Shown here one piece after another: positions 15,081 to 29,509 of a stretch of DNA of 64,000 nucleotides. The DNA comes from Fimbriosthenelais zetlandica (taxonomy: Eukaryota). The stretch covers positions 40,052,001-40,116,000 of the forward strand of contig OZ365111.1 in the NCBI GenBank assembly GCA_977030845.1, given 5' to 3'. The translations under genes were made by a program, and so were the position numbers. Below the pieces are notes generated by a model that saw nothing but the letters and a program-made list of their open reading frames with translations, did not search any database and was not told where the DNA came from. Each line of letters opens with the position of its first letter. Within the stretch, counting starts at the first letter, position 1.

Positions 15081-18000
15081 TCATTAGTTCTGGGGCTTGG
15101 ATATAGGCCGCAGCCCATAGACTGGCTGAATACTAATTGCCTCAGAGACACAGATAGGAAATCTCTAAAGCAACTCCCGAGAAGTACTTGGCTGCGGCAC
15201 TGCTCAGCCTTGGATTTCTCAAATTTCCTACCCTGCAGGCAGTTGATTATGTATCACAGAGGGACTTAGTAAGTCTATAGAGTGTTAATTACACCAACAG
15301 TTGCAGGTTGTAGCGCCATAAAAGATCCAGCCCGATGGGGAATCTACATAAAAATATGACATACCGTTATGTATATATAAATACATCATGATCCTGAGTG
15401 TTTTGGTTTCCTTTTGCAGATCATCTTCTGCCATATGGCATTTTATTTTTTGTAGCAATGATTTTAAATAATCCAATTAGAGGTAGTTTTTTTTTTACTT
15501 AATACCATAACATATCTTGTGTGTCCATCTACAATTACATTGCAATTCATCTAGAAAGACTATTGGTTCAGTTAGGCTATAATTGTCCTTCAAAGTTTTG
15601 AAGCAATGCTTCTGAAATGCTCAAATGATATTTTTCGAAAATACAAAGATATTCTAATATATCAGCTTCTTGGGAAAATTATTTTGGAGTGCATTATGTT
15701 CCAAAAACACAAAGACAGTCTAATACCTCAGCTTCTTGAGTAGTCTAAATTATTTTAGATGTACATTAAGCGAGTTTTTTTTCAGGGGAGCAATCCCTTC
15801 TTTGAAACTCAGATTGAATAAAGCTTCTGGAATAAGTATACGCATGATGCAGACTGTAGAAAATGGATTTGGCTCATAAATCGTGCATCAGCCTTTAAGG
15901 TTTGTTTGTCAGGGAGTCCAACAGGTGGTGAGCCATGCATCCGGTGCTGATGGCATGTGACATCCCGTTGTTACACGGACAACGTGACCTGCATGAGGGG
16001 GGCTCTATACTCATCAACATTTCACCTGTCGCTCTATACAAAATAGCAAACTCACACCAACTCTCACGCACTACATGCCGCAGTCAGGATAATTATTTGT
16101 GCTCAGTTTGCGTATATATTATAAGACCACGAAGGCCATGAAATCGCTAAAAACAAGTATAAAATGAAAGTAGAAAAAAAAAATGAAAAAAAACTTTTTT
16201 CATTGAAAACAACCTTTTTTCATTGAACTGTAATATATAAATCATACCAGTGGACTATAGAAGCACTGGTTCTTTGGCGTTATGGTGAAAAGATTTTATC
16301 GCGAATATAAAATGAAAGAAATCCTCATGATTTCTTATATGCTATCAGACAGAATACCTTTCTCAGTTGGATGATTAATATAGTGAATCATTCATTCCCA
16401 ATTAAGTAGTAGTAAGATATAACAGGAGGTGTATGGTCTAATAAGCAAATTATATTAAAATTAGTTTTGGGGAAATTTATTAATAATAAGGAGATATATT
16501 GTAAGGGCAGTAAAGACAAAGGCTCTTTACTATGTGCTAGCTGACTTAGCTGCAATTAAATTGGACGGAAATACCACCAGAAAAGATTTGGATAATAATT
16601 GAACTGGGAATAGAAACTACGAACAATTATGAATGTAATAAAAATATGAAATTAATACATAGGTTATATAAGATATCAGTTCATGCAAGTACCTATCTAT
16701 AATTGTATCCGCCTGTTTGAAATTGATATTATCGCATATTCAATCCTGATGTTCTATCATAAAGTTAGATCGCTCATAACTGATAACTGAAGCCGAAGAT
16801 GTAGCTTATAACCATAAATTATCAACGCCCATGGGAAATATCAAGAAGCACAGCAAGCTAGGGAATCAATGTAATTTGATTCACAAGTCACTATTCTAAA
16901 GGTCTAACCTTGAACTGGTCAGGGGGAACACCTTGAAGACTTATTTGACCTTTAAGAAATATTTGAACTCTGATCTTTGCTGTATACCTCAATGGAGTCT
17001 ACTGGCACACTTGGTCAATTTTAATTCTTCTTTAATTTGCCTTTCTCCTATTCAAACACCGACCATTGTCTTTCCCAATACTAGACAGTAAGCTTGATTC
17101 ACCAGAGTAGAGAACTTATAGTGATGCTGGGCTGCAGGGTAAATTTAACCTAGACCTAGTCTGGGAATCTTGCAAAAAGCGAGTAATATCCATTAACACG
17201 GAGGGATGCAGAATGTGCAAACGCTAGCCCGAAGCCTAGTGGCAATATTGGCAATATTATTCTCTGAAGAATCTCCTGGCTGAGGATTATCAAATAAGCT
17301 GATGTGTTGCCTGGAGTATCATTGCTGCTGCTACACCATATCACTTGTGCTTGGACTAGATATTAAAGCTAATGGTCCTTTTAATTATCATATAATGAAT
17401 ATCATAACCATTAAATCCCTTCATTTCTATATCCATGGATTTAATGTTAAGCCAGGAACTGCTCGTTACTGAAACACAAAGCTAATTTGAAGATGGATAT
17501 CTGGAGCTGAAACCTACTTTCAAAGATAATGATCAAGAAATCTTCCTTCAACGGGATCCAAATATGCATGATACGACAGGCATATTAGGGACTATGATTA
17601 TAACTTTCTTCTTTTTCTGATTCTTTTACTCCCCATCAGTGTGGCTTTAAATCTGGAACACAGCACGAAAAAGCCAAAGCATGTTTCAAACCAAAAGGCA
17701 AAAGCACCCTTTTCATTGCAGTTTGGGCCACAGGAATGAAGAAGACTATGAGACCATAAAAGTCTATGCATGGGCCTATAAAATGAAGAAATCAAATAGA
17801 ATTGGGCTAAAATCCCACGGATGTGTGGTAAAGCACCTGTTTTCAAGTCAAGAACACTTGATCATTGAGTCTTTGTAAAAGAATACAATGGAGGCTCAGT
17901 TGCACCTGCACAAGCTGGGTAGTCTCAAAGGAATCCAGACCTGAGCCTGCGAGGATATCAGGTTGTTTGAATCTCTACATTCAGGGAAAGCTTCCTTGAA

Positions 18001-18899
18001 CCTAAATTAGGTTGTGTGAGGCCCTTCACATACGGAGTACTGAGTTTAGAGATAAAAGCCTTTGTATAACAAACTAAGGGAAAACACATTTTTCCAACGA
18101 TGTACTGATATAATTACAGTGAAAGGTATTACGCCATTATCAAGGCAGGGGTCTTCATGAAGGGTATTTAAGTAGTCCATCGTAAATTGATTTGAGATGA
18201 CTGAAAATCTATCTAAAATCTTCTGAAGAGAAGCAATATCAATAGTGGTACTTTACGTTATGTTTTTTTAAGAACAGCATGCATGCAGCTCACCACACTC
18301 CCATCATCAACATATCCACTACAGTTGTCTTTAAAAAAATCTGTATAACAAATCAGAACAACTAATTAACAACTAGGCAATTATCATTTTTTTGCCTGGT
18401 TACCTTATTATTATTTTTTCAAAAATAGATTGCTTTCAACAGGTGGGTCCCGGCCTACTATAATAATGACAGAACGCTTATTGTTTTTTTATCAGCAGTC
18501 ATTTCAATGTTCTGAGTTTCAATCTGAGTAGAAGAAAAATGGTCCAATGGAAGATGCATGTCACCGATTGCTACTGCAGCTAAGAAACTGAAAAACCGAT
18601 TCAATTAAAACCAGGGCTGGTTATGCAAAATCTAGAAGATTCCCAGCTCACTCATGTTTTTTCTTCCTTGTCGTTCAGCTTCAATATGCTCCTCCATAAA
18701 GCATGATCTACTGTCCTATTCCCTCAATAGACCTATGTTCATTTATTCAAGAATGGATACCCTTTCCATTATTCTTAGAATACTTTACCGCCCAACAGTA
18801 GTCTCTCCCATGCACATGCAACCATGCAACTATAGCAGTTGCATGATGGAATAATAGATCTGTAGCAATCTCCTTTAGAAGCGAACTATTGTAGCGATA

Positions 18900-19400
18900 T
18901 CACTGCGTGCCTTTTTTATCAGCCCCATGTTGAATGGGCTGCCAGTGGATAGCATGTTGGAATAGGTGAATTGCCATCGGGAGGCCGAGTCCCTCGTTGG
19001 AGGGTGGAGCCACCGCCACCTTGCCATCCCTTGCGTGCAAGTGATGATATTCCTATGCAAGTAGTCCCTACAAGTCGTAAGGCACCTCCCATGGGGAACA
19101 TCAGCCTACCCCGAGATAAAAACACTGCCCTCAAGCCATCCCGCAAGGCCTATACCTTCCGCGAGGGTGAAAGGAAGGAAGGAGCTAGAGAGTGGGAGTG
19201 GAAAGGTGATGGGGAGTGGGGGAGGAGGCATTGCCTGGCTTAGCTGGGAGGAAAGCGGGAAGGAGGAGGAGTAGGAGGTGGAAGGTACATAGAGTGCAGA
19301 TAATATGAATAAGCCTGCCCTAGGCCATTCCAAAACTGCCCATGTTATAGGCCCATCCTTGTCTTCCACTCTATGAATGGACATGCGAACAAAAGATAAG
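18900..19400 (-). mobile_element. Decayed LINE endonuclease remnant
   Basis: WAVLEWPRAGLFILSALYVPS...VFISG*ADVPH, resembling LWV......IC..Y.PP...V.I.GDFN.PH. Confidence 0.35.
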
Positions 19401-20609
19401 GCTTCCTGCAGAGAAAGGCTTCGATCATGCTTAATCAAGGTGGTGAGGGTCTCGCACCTACACTTGGCCAGTCTCGGTTTGTCCCCTGTGAACTTTCGCA
19501 TGATCAATTCCACCTTCGACTAACAATGGAAATGAGCCTCCAAAGTTCTTTATATTGGCTTATTCCGAGCATCATGCACGGACATCTAAGGGAAAAGATT
19601 GCTGCAATGATTAGGCCCTTCATCCATTCATTTAAACATCTGAATATCTGTGTGCTTCCACTGTTAATGAGCGTGCATTCAAAATTGCTAATATTCTGTT
19701 CTATAAGGTTCAAATAGAACAATATCTTTACGTTTATCGTTGAAAAGATACCATCAATCTGAAATATGAGTCAATGAATGCCAAGCAAGTTTATTCTCAG
19801 GATCCGAAAGATCCACAGTCTTAAAGCATACTCCTCAACTCAGTCACTTCTTTAAAATGGATAATTGGAGACTCAGATAAATTGAGGCAAGCTTACCCAG
19901 TTCCTTTTTAAAGAGGGAAAGGGATTTTCTAGGTGATGGAAGAAAATAAACCTTCACACCCATAGCCCTGGCCCAGCTCAGGCAGACATTTTACCACCCA
20001 ATAGATCATGGTCCCTCCCATCAAGCCTTGGATCAAGCATTTCAACATAGATCTACTCGCCCACCCACCCACAGCAGCTCCACTGCTTTAACACTGTAAT
20101 AGGAAAGTTATGGATAGCAGGAGTAGATCTTTTTCCTTCTTCTCCTGCAGCTTTAAGATCCTACGTGTTAAGACAAAGTTGACTAATGATGGAGTTGGTA
20201 CTTGAAGCTGCTATGAATCAGACATTGCTCACCAGTTGTGAAGTGAGATGTTGCTCACGTTGACCTCAACTAGTGACCAACCAACCTAAACAATGGTGAA
20301 GCGGACATCACTGGGTTCAATAAGTGCTTACAGATGATTGATCCTTGAACTCATTTTATCTCCACCTACTATTTATAATTCCAATATTAATCAAAATTCA
20401 GAAAATTTGCATGGCATGTTTGTCATTTTATAAACGGATTCATTCAAAGAAGCAACCAAAATATTACCGCTCCTTAAGTCGTATGGATGGAAGGCGATTA
20501 ATATTAATTAATATGGAAAACTTAGTTCATGAACTCGGACAAGCAGTTGATACATTTACTTGACAACCAGATGCAACCTGCTCGGAGCTGAGAAGCAATT
20601 TGTCATTGG

Positions 20610-20770
20610 GGCAAAAAGTGGAGAAGAAACTGACATCAAGGGCAGGCATTTACATGGATGATGTCTTCGCAAACATCTATCTTCTACCTTCAATGCAGCT
20701 TCAAGATGTAGCAAAAATAATATAAAGCTAAGAATAACCTTCTGCAGAAAGACTCCTAAACCTAAAGGTT
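20610..20770 (+). mobile_element. Reverse transcriptase catalytic-motif remnant
   Basis: GIYMDDVF...SMQLQDVAKII (YxDD at 20651-20662), resembling non-LTR YADD...S...LQ..L. Confidence 0.35.
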
Positions 20771-23299
20771 ACAAGGGCATGGAGACACACTATTTCTTTG
20801 CTCAAACCTCATTGATCTTTTTCACCCTGGTCAGGGTTTGTCTCCTGCCAGCTCTCTGAGTTACAGCAACGCGAAAAGACAACTGTGAACTTTTCGACTC
20901 CATGAAAAATGATGTCAACAATTGTCTAAATGAACTGAAATATGTCCAGCAGTTTATATGTTGAAACTGAGGCTACAGGAAACTATTGTTAAACTCTTAC
21001 TATTGTCAGGGCATTCGGTGGACAAAATTACATTGCCTGCTGCAGGAAAGTGTTCAGGAATGTTTTTTGCCTTTCAGCTGGGAATATACATTTAATATAT
21101 ATGTATGACTACGCAATAATATTATCATCTCAGAATGTAATATTGCCACATATGGCCAGGCAGTCACAAAGGAAGGTGCTGTGACAATATTCCTTCCTTT
21201 AAAACCCTTTGCCACTGAGAGGAATAATTACATCCGTAGGACCTTCATTCTTCATTCATGACATTGAAACTAGTTTGAATAATGAAGTAATGCCCTTTCC
21301 AGACCTTTAAACAAATGCTGTAAGACATGTCAATGGTCTGGTTTGGTCTGGTTCGGTCTTTTTCCTCTGGAATTTTGCTGGGAATTATCTCAGATTGCAG
21401 AATTTAATGATGCCTTCTGCTGCCATCTGCAGACTGCATTTAAATTGAATAAAATGTGTTGTATCTCTCCATTTTCCTCAGCCACGGTTAGCAATATCAT
21501 AAAACTTAGAGGTAAAAATACACAACTGGCACTTTACCATTTTGCATCGTATGTAAATGGAAAATTATTCGGCAAACATTCCAAAAAGACGGACGAATGG
21601 GTAAAATGAATGAAGTCTTTAAAACATTCAGAAATTAAATGAGATCCTATCAGTGAATCTACAAAATCAGAGCTGATGAAATCATTTCTCCAATATGCTT
21701 TATTTTGTGTGGTTCTTGAAACAGAGGAGGTTGGGACGGTTCATGCCAAGCACTGCAGGGATGTGAGAGGGACATAGAAAAATCCTGCTGTTATCTGCTG
21801 AATTATTGATAAGGCGACAAGTCAGGTTTATAACCAAGTAGTGTCCTGTCATGCACCCTGACCATAAGTGACCGGATGACACAGCCCATCTTATTTCCCC
21901 AGATATCCCATTCAGAGATCTCATTTAGCCTTGGGTGCTGGGTAGATCTATTCATTTAGTTCCACCATACATCATTCATGACTGCTTTTACTGCACCAAG
22001 GGCTGATCATTTTCACCCGGCTTTGGACTTGAATGTTCGCTTTACTAGATATTAAACACACGAACCAGTCTTGCATCAATACATCAAGCATGCGGCTGAG
22101 TCACAATACGTGGGCGAGCAATACTATAGTTATGCTTCACCTATAGATCTGCCAACAAACTATGTGTTACTTATACACAATGTTGCAGGTTATTGTCACA
22201 TGGCATTCACACGACTGGTTCATAAGGAACTCGTCATATACATATGGCAATAGATATATTCCAGTCACATACAATACAGTTGTTCAAGATTCCACACACC
22301 CATCCCTATAGTGTGAAATTAGTACCAGAAGTAATACCACAGAAGGACCAGAAGTAGGTTTCCCACTCACAATGTACTTGTCAGTTTGGGGGTGGGCAAG
22401 AACCTTCTAGTCGATCCCCTCTGCTGGCCCCTGCAGCAGCAAGTCCTTTTTGCCGTTGATGGCTTGATATGATTGATGCTTGACTGGCAGAGAGGAAGGG
22501 ATGGATACAGTGGATACTACCGTACAGCCAGGGGCCAGCCAGATGAAGAGATTGAACGATCAATGCCAAGCAACATAGCCTGGTTAACCCTAGCATTACT
22601 TCCACCCTTTGTTTCACCGCTTCATGAAGGGAAAATGAAACGTTTGGGTCCTTCCAACAGAACCACAGCCTCGGACTTCATTTTCCGGGTTGTTTGCCCA
22701 CCATGCTGTCATTCAATCCCTCTTGTCGTCGCCTTGAACAAAGGCAAAGGAGGAAATTCTTTTTGTCACCTAATTATCGCGTCCTCTCTGCTTGGAGGAG
22801 GGCATTTCTGAAGTCCATGTCACTTAGCAACCATGACGTAGATTAAGTTTGTGATGACACACCCATGTCGAGGTCAAGATCACATCCATGTGGTTACTAT
22901 GGCGACTGACAGGGTGAGAGGAGGACTGTCCGACAGTCCGGGCCGTTCAGACAGGCTGAGTTTTCTTGGCACACTTTCTTGGTACTCTGCCAATTTGATT
23001 TTCGTGGATAAGGACGAGAAATGTGTTGCAAATGTCATCCTGTTGCTGCCCATTCTCTCGGACACCAGGAAGCTATTGAGTAAATAAATCAAATGAGATG
23101 ACCATGCAGGAGAATAACTTGTGAAGATTGTCACAGGCATTTCATAAACAAGGGAACTTTGTGTCTCTATAGATATCCTAGGCATTTTGCCCAATGCATG
23201 GTTGCGACTACACAGAACGCCAGCAAGGGGACTTATCCTGACAAATGAAGCAGAATTATATTCCCTCTGTACCTGTCATCCTTAGCACACATTACTTGT

Positions 23300-23560
23300 T
23301 CCACCTCCCACAGAATATATTCAAAATGCTGCCATAGTCCCATTATCTTCTTTATTAGACTAGGATATGCCAGAAAACTTTCAGATCTAGTAGGCCCATC
23401 GATCCCCAGGCGGGGAAGGCTTCTTTGTGGTTTGGCCCAAAGGGATTGAGCAGAGGACAGTTGGGGCACTTACTACAGCTTGGTGAAACAAGCAAGGCGT
23501 GCTCTGCCTCAGGTGAGGCTGCCTATATTGGGGAAGCCACACGAGGGAAGCCATGTGAAA
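23300..23560 (-). mobile_element. Possible decayed LINE endonuclease remnant
   Basis: GFPNIGS...IDGPTRSESFLAY, resembling GDFN.P.I.W...V..PTR....LD. Confidence 0.25.
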
Positions 23561-24713
23561 GTGCAGTACATTCGCACTGAAGGCGCTAGAGAGCTTCAGG
23601 CTGAACCACCCTACGCCAGGGGAACTTTCATCTATATTAGACAACAAGGAAGACTTGTCATTTCCCAGTTCACCCTCACAAACAAGAAGTCCCTAGCGGG
23701 TGGCAAAAGAAGGAAGTCCCTCGAGGGGATAGTACCCTGACACGGCGGTCTGATGTACCATCTAAATCTATTGGCGGATCCTTAGCAACCGTGACCCATT
23801 GCTCAAGAAGTATGCCAGTCTGTCCTCAAAGAGTTTGATGGCAAATGACAGAAACACATTGGGCGATAATCGATATTTCCCCTTGAAAAGAAAGTTAAAA
23901 GTTGCCGGCATCAGTTGTATTCCGACAAACTTGAAAAAGAGAATGTCAGTGTGCACAACTGTTTCTCCTTGTTGGGGATAATATTTTACTAAAATTTGAC
24001 AATATAAAATCAGAGGCAGATATCAAAGGAATGAAGGTCAGAACACAGGGTCACTCAGCCCTGTTATGGAGTGAAGTGCTAAGTTAAGCATACACTGTGT
24101 AAGCCAATTCTCCGTCGTTCGCCAGATCAATCGGGGGTTAAAGGTCTCTCTAGAAAAAACGGCAACAAAACAGTCCTATGATGTAGTTGTCAGAGGCTTT
24201 CTTGTCCCCTTCCCTGTTGTGCATGTCTAGCTGGCGGGTGTCTAGGGCCAACTCACAAAGATACTAACTTTCACAAACGCCTTCCGTCTCTAAGCAAAGC
24301 AGTCACACCCGCTTTACACGTGCAGAGCACCTGGCACAAAAAACTACATCTGTGTCTGAAGTCTTGAATCGGCTTGTCAAAGGCAGTGTCTTTAGACTGA
24401 TGTCTTTGGCTAACAGGGATGTTGTGTGAAGACCTGAATGTATTTGAAAGTGAAGCCTGTGGTTTCAAGTAAATAGACGTAGAGATTCCTCAAGGACGTC
24501 AATGTACTAAGCCCTGATGTGTCCTTTCACCTTAGGCCATGTTCCAACTCCGATCATCCAATATGAAGGAATAATACCAAGGTTACGATATGGATTTACC
24601 ATTACATTTCAACCTGTCACATTTGGTACAATCACAGGTGCATTTAACAGTTGAATGGCAGGGGTTATCCACATGTACAACATAGCTTTGGTTACAATAT
24701 TTTGTTTTTGTTT

Positions 24714-24776
24714 TTAGAATTTTTATAGAGCCTGGTATGGGTGAATACCAGCTCACACTCTTGATTACTCAAGTTT
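24714..24776. repeat. 63-bp interspersed repeat, copy 1
   Basis: TTAGAATTTTTATAGAGCCTGGTATGGGTGAATACCAGCTCACACTCTTGATTACTCAAGTTT; it differs by one base from 47600-47662. Confidence 0.85.
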
Positions 24777-25044
24777 ACAAAGATTTACATTTCAGTTGAT
24801 TTTATATAGAGAACTTCTATACGCTTCTCTCAGGAACATTATATTGATGACTAGTACAGTGGTAGGATAATGGATAGTAGACTGTCTGCTTATCCAAGCA
24901 AGTGGTGCTTACAATATCATCATACATCATTTACGTTTTATCAGGTATTGTGGATTGCCCCCTGATCTGCTTGTTAGTTGTCAGGTTCATGCAAATATGA
25001 CCTGGGAGAGGCAACCTGAATAGGGTGGAGGCAGTTAAGTGTCA

Positions 25045-25375
25045 GTGATTAGAGCCAGCCGTGTGTAGTTGGTATGCAGATCTGATGCTAACACAATGTA
25101 AGCTTTCATGGACAAGAAAAAGGTGTTTAACAGCACCTGTTCATGGCCATGTCGCTCCTTGAGAACACAGTCGTTCATCAGCCCTCCTGTATACGGTTCG
25201 AGCCACACTGGGCCTCTAAAACAGGAGCAGGCCACCACTTGATCCTTGCATTAGAGCCCGCATGGGATCGCCACCTACAATATGCTGGCCCCACCTTCCA
25301 ACCTATAAGATAGACCCGCATGAATAAATCATCAGAGAAGAGCTTTGTGCCCTTCAACAAGTTGGTAGGCAAAGT
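25045..25375 (+). mobile_element. Decayed L2/CR1-type LINE 3' end
   Basis: LEPAVCSWYADLMLTQ...RKRCL followed by TRMNKSSEKSFVP, resembling VLEYACPVWH..LT..Q...IQKRAL and RT.RY.KSFVP. Confidence 0.5.
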
Positions 25376-25852
25376 TTGATTAATGACTTACAGAAATAGT
25401 AGTAAATCCATTAGATGCCGCCATCTTAATTTGCGGTGGCAGTGGGGGTAGGGGATTACTCCCCCACTTTTGGAGCACAGCACCACATGGTCTTAAACCT
25501 CGTGCAGTGTTGTTCCATGAAAATTTATTCAACAAGCCGTACTGTTTCTTGTCATAGCTCAGACATACTGGCGGCATTTAGCGGGATGGTTTCTGCTTTA
25601 ATAGCTGCAAGGGAGAAGTTTGATAGTGTAGGGCTACATGTATAAACAATGCAATATAACCAGAATATATGATGTTTGAAGAGGGTATCCCCTGCCAGAG
25701 GGAGATGGATGGGGTTGATGGATGGACTTTGTCAGCTATCACTCAGACTTTGCGGCATACAGAAAGGTGTATATTTCATTAGAGATCCCAGCATTATGGA
25801 ACATTAACAATATTTCTATTCAATTCCTGATGGAAATGGCTGCATGCATGCA

Positions 25853-25854
<2 letters not shown>

Positions 25855-25932
<78 letters not shown>
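25855..25932. repeat. (AT)39 microsatellite
   Basis: Uninterrupted AT dinucleotide run. It produces the spurious IYIYIY ORFs in the track. Confidence 0.97.
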
Positions 25933-25935
<3 letters not shown>

Positions 25936-28900
25936 CACAAGTATGAAAGAGATTATGCATATTTCACTATATATTATGGTGATAGGCACAGTCTTTGACT
26001 TTGGAAAAAGTTACATGGAGCTCTAACCAAGCTTGCTTCTCATAAATGAAGAATCAGGTCTGGCAGTTAACTATAGCTAGAAGCTGAGACCCATCTTAGC
26101 ACTGAATTCCAGCCTATACCAGCATACCAGCAAGTCTCGTTTGGCAGGCTGTGCTGCCTCGAGGCTTTAATCAGGAAAAGCGAACGAATTTGACGCCCTA
26201 GAACGCATCAACCAATTAGGAAGAGCGTACGATAGGTTTCGTCTTTGGCTCCAGTAATCAGCAAGGCTGTTACCCACTTTCATGTCTGTCAGGCTCCGGC
26301 CCATTCCATATATACAGATTTGTGTCCGGATGATAATTCTTATTTACTGTGAAAGATAATTGAGAAGAGCAATATTTGAAGAGGAATATTTAAATTACAG
26401 ATAGTTGGCAAAGTTCTAAAGCAGAAAGGATATTAATCCAAGCATTGTGTCGGCTTATTATAGAAGGGACTGTGCCAATTGGCGGTAAAAGCTTTTATGA
26501 TTATAGTATTATTTGCATTGCATACAGATTTTTTAATCTTGTTTCGCAGATGAAGAATGGATTTATTGTATTATAGCCTTGTTGTAATTGAATTTCAATA
26601 CATTCATACATTGCCTTTTTTCTCCATCGCGAATGAAATGCATCTAAAAAGCATTTTACTGAAGCTTATTCAAGAATATTCTTTTTATCCAATTATAAAT
26701 TTAGTCAGAGATATAAAGGTTCCTCCATCTTATCATTGCAGACCTCTGAATTGCAAAACATTGCACATGAAGGCCAAGAGCTACAAACCAAAAAGGAGCA
26801 AGTGGATAGAGAGAGAGTGGATCAGAGATCTTCCTAGCTAGCAATGTTATTCTGGCAAAAGATGAGAGGCGTTTTATACCTAATCTGGACGCTTCTTTGA
26901 TTAATCATGCTCATTCCACTGCAGACAAAATGGTAATCTTTGGCTTCGGGGAGTACACCAATCCTTTAACGATTTTCTGTTTGTCTTTCATGTCGTTTGT
27001 TAAATTAGACTCACGGACATGCCAATTAGTCACGAAAGGTTGTTTGCAAGAGCTGGGATTATTGGCAGTTGTCCCAGTAAATATTGGCACCAAGAGACAC
27101 TCCCCAATCTCACCTGTTTTCTCCATTAAGATCAGCACTGCCCAATGGATTATTAATTAATCCTTAGTCTCCTCCTCCATCCTGATAAGTTGGATTTTGA
27201 TTAGAGAGTAACAATGCCACCTTTTCCTACAGACACAAAAGCCTCCTCTGTGAGCTTTAAGATGCTTCAGATCTAAAACTCTTGCCAAACAAGCATTTTG
27301 AATATTGATTTGAGGGGAGACGAAGAGTAGAGTATTGTGCAGGGCGCAACCTGGTCGTTATAACGCTTCAAACAATTTGTTATAAATGTGAAAGGCCAAA
27401 CAAACCAAAGTTTCAAGTAACCGATTTAAACATCCATGAAAGGGCGAACCCACATTCTGACCAGGGCGGCGTCCGGTATCAGAATAAAAACTTTTAAAAA
27501 GTTTGGCAAGAAAATCAAGATAAGGCTTTTACAATGATAATGAATGCGACGTCATAAGCCTTTACTGTGGGAGGAATTTCCACACTTTAAACACACCAAT
27601 AATGTAATTCATATGGCGCTAATTGAACACCAGACTCTTTCACAAGCATTGTCATTACCAGTGCCTCTGAAGCAAAGAATGTCCTCTGTGTGGAAATAGG
27701 ACTTTGAAAAGAATTTATGAGAAATGTGATTCTCAGGGAGAGGTGCGTTGGGCGAGTGTGCGGGGGAATGAGGGAATTTGTTGCAAACTTAGCCTCTGTG
27801 CATGAATAATGTATGAAAGTTATGAGTCTGAAGGAATGGGGCTTCTGATTGGAAGCCATATTTCATGAGCTCCCGAGGCATTCGTGGAAGTAAAGGCCCC
27901 TGCAACTGGTCAGGTATTAGGGAATGGCTTGATGCGGAATACCAAATACTCGAGTGGGGGACCAGCTGGCCTAGCAATTAAGGCCCCTGCTGGTGAACTA
28001 ATATCAAGTGTAACAAAGCTTTGGAGAAGGATAATTGTGTTTGACTGATTGAAATGCATGCCTCTCAAAATGGAGCCTGTTGTTGTCCAACTCTTGATCC
28101 ATTGAAACTATTCCCTCAACAATTGATAATTATATTAGTAATACCGTTTCATTATTTTCCAGACAAAAGACATGTCACTGGATTCAAGGGGGAAGGAGGC
28201 TGCTTTGAATAATTCATGAAGCATTCCATCTTATATTTTATGAAATAAAAGAGATGGGATTATATACACCGAAGCTTGGTCTGTGCCTCAAAGTAGAAAA
28301 AAGGCAAGCATGGCGCTCCCGCAAGGCAAATGAGCAGCTTTCTAATGAGCCCTTTCTGCTTGAAGGTAAAAGGTTGCATGGTTTTAATCATGGAGAAGGA
28401 GCGACATATAGCTTTAAGATGCCATTTAATCTTGCATAGACATAAACTTGGCGGCCATGACCAAAGCTGCTTCGATTCATTATTCATACATAAGCATTAC
28501 CAATACCAACATAAAAATGATGTTCATTAGGTGATGCCTTGCAGTGTTACTCAAAAGATCTGTTCCTGTAAAATTACTTCCCATTAAGTCCACATGTCCA
28601 ACTTCATCGCTCCCATCTAAATTTTATAGACATTGGCTTCCTCGGTGAAAGGCGGGGCTGAGTTTCCTCCATGTTGGGTTACTGTAGAGGTGTTCTGTAT
28701 AATTAGTTTCTCTTCCCCTTCAACTGATAGAAGCTTGCTGCTGCTTTCCTCCCAACATTCAATATTCCCACCCTACCAGTCCTTCTTCGACTGTACCTTC
28801 ACTGTAAGTTCCTCTATATTCTGCTTGGAGAGTATACAACGTACAATGGCACACACAAGGGTACAAATTATAATTTGCAGGATTGAGGTTCATTATGATG

Positions 28901-29509
28901 TTTTTTTTAATTCCGCAGCTCATGAAAACTTGTTTAAAGTGCGATTGTCAATACTACTTTAGTTGGATTTCCCTGCTGAAGTCTGACAGTGTTTCGGCCT
29001 ATTGAAAGAAATGCCACTGGCCGATAGGATTAAGGCCAGTCCTCTCTACCCTATCATGTCTGTTTAGATTCAACTGATTTCTTCTACAATGTTCCAATGG
29101 ACATCTGAATCAAATAAGAGAAGTTATGCCACCATAAGGTTTTCTTTGTGACATTTTTTGGGGTATATTATTTCTATTATATAGTGAGCCTCCATTTGCC
29201 GCCGCATATAAAATTCCCCTGTAAATATACTGATTTCAGCTGATTGACTGCGAACGAAAAACAAGGTTGTTGAAGACATCATGCAGTCTAAAAGAAAACG
29301 GAACATTACTGTTGTTTTTTTTACATATATGTATGCCATACTCTATTGGATGGAGATTACGGACACAGACTGCCAGTACAAATGACACTGACGTGATCAC
29401 CTTCTGTCTTGTCTAAGCTAAATAGGAGACAGTTGGCCTCTGTAACTGTCGCACAAAAACAGTATAAACCTCGAGTATGTTCCATCCCCAAACCACAATG
29501 GCTGACTCA

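Noticed and set aside
18100-18211. Minus-strand acceptor-like site followed by EDPCLDNGV (EGF-like start)
   Set aside because: The cysteine spacing of an EGF does not continue, and it is not the expected LNS4 sequence.
25194-25205. B-box-like GGTTCGAGCC (also GGTTCAAGTTCC near 569)
   Set aside because: No matching A box or cloverleaf. The 25.2 kb site lies inside a LINE remnant.
25722-26026. ORFs with IY repeats
   Set aside because: Translation of the (AT)n microsatellite.
28981-29060. Minus-strand GGCC-GAAAC-ACT-GTC hammerhead-like half
   Set aside because: No CUGANGA core at a suitable position upstream.
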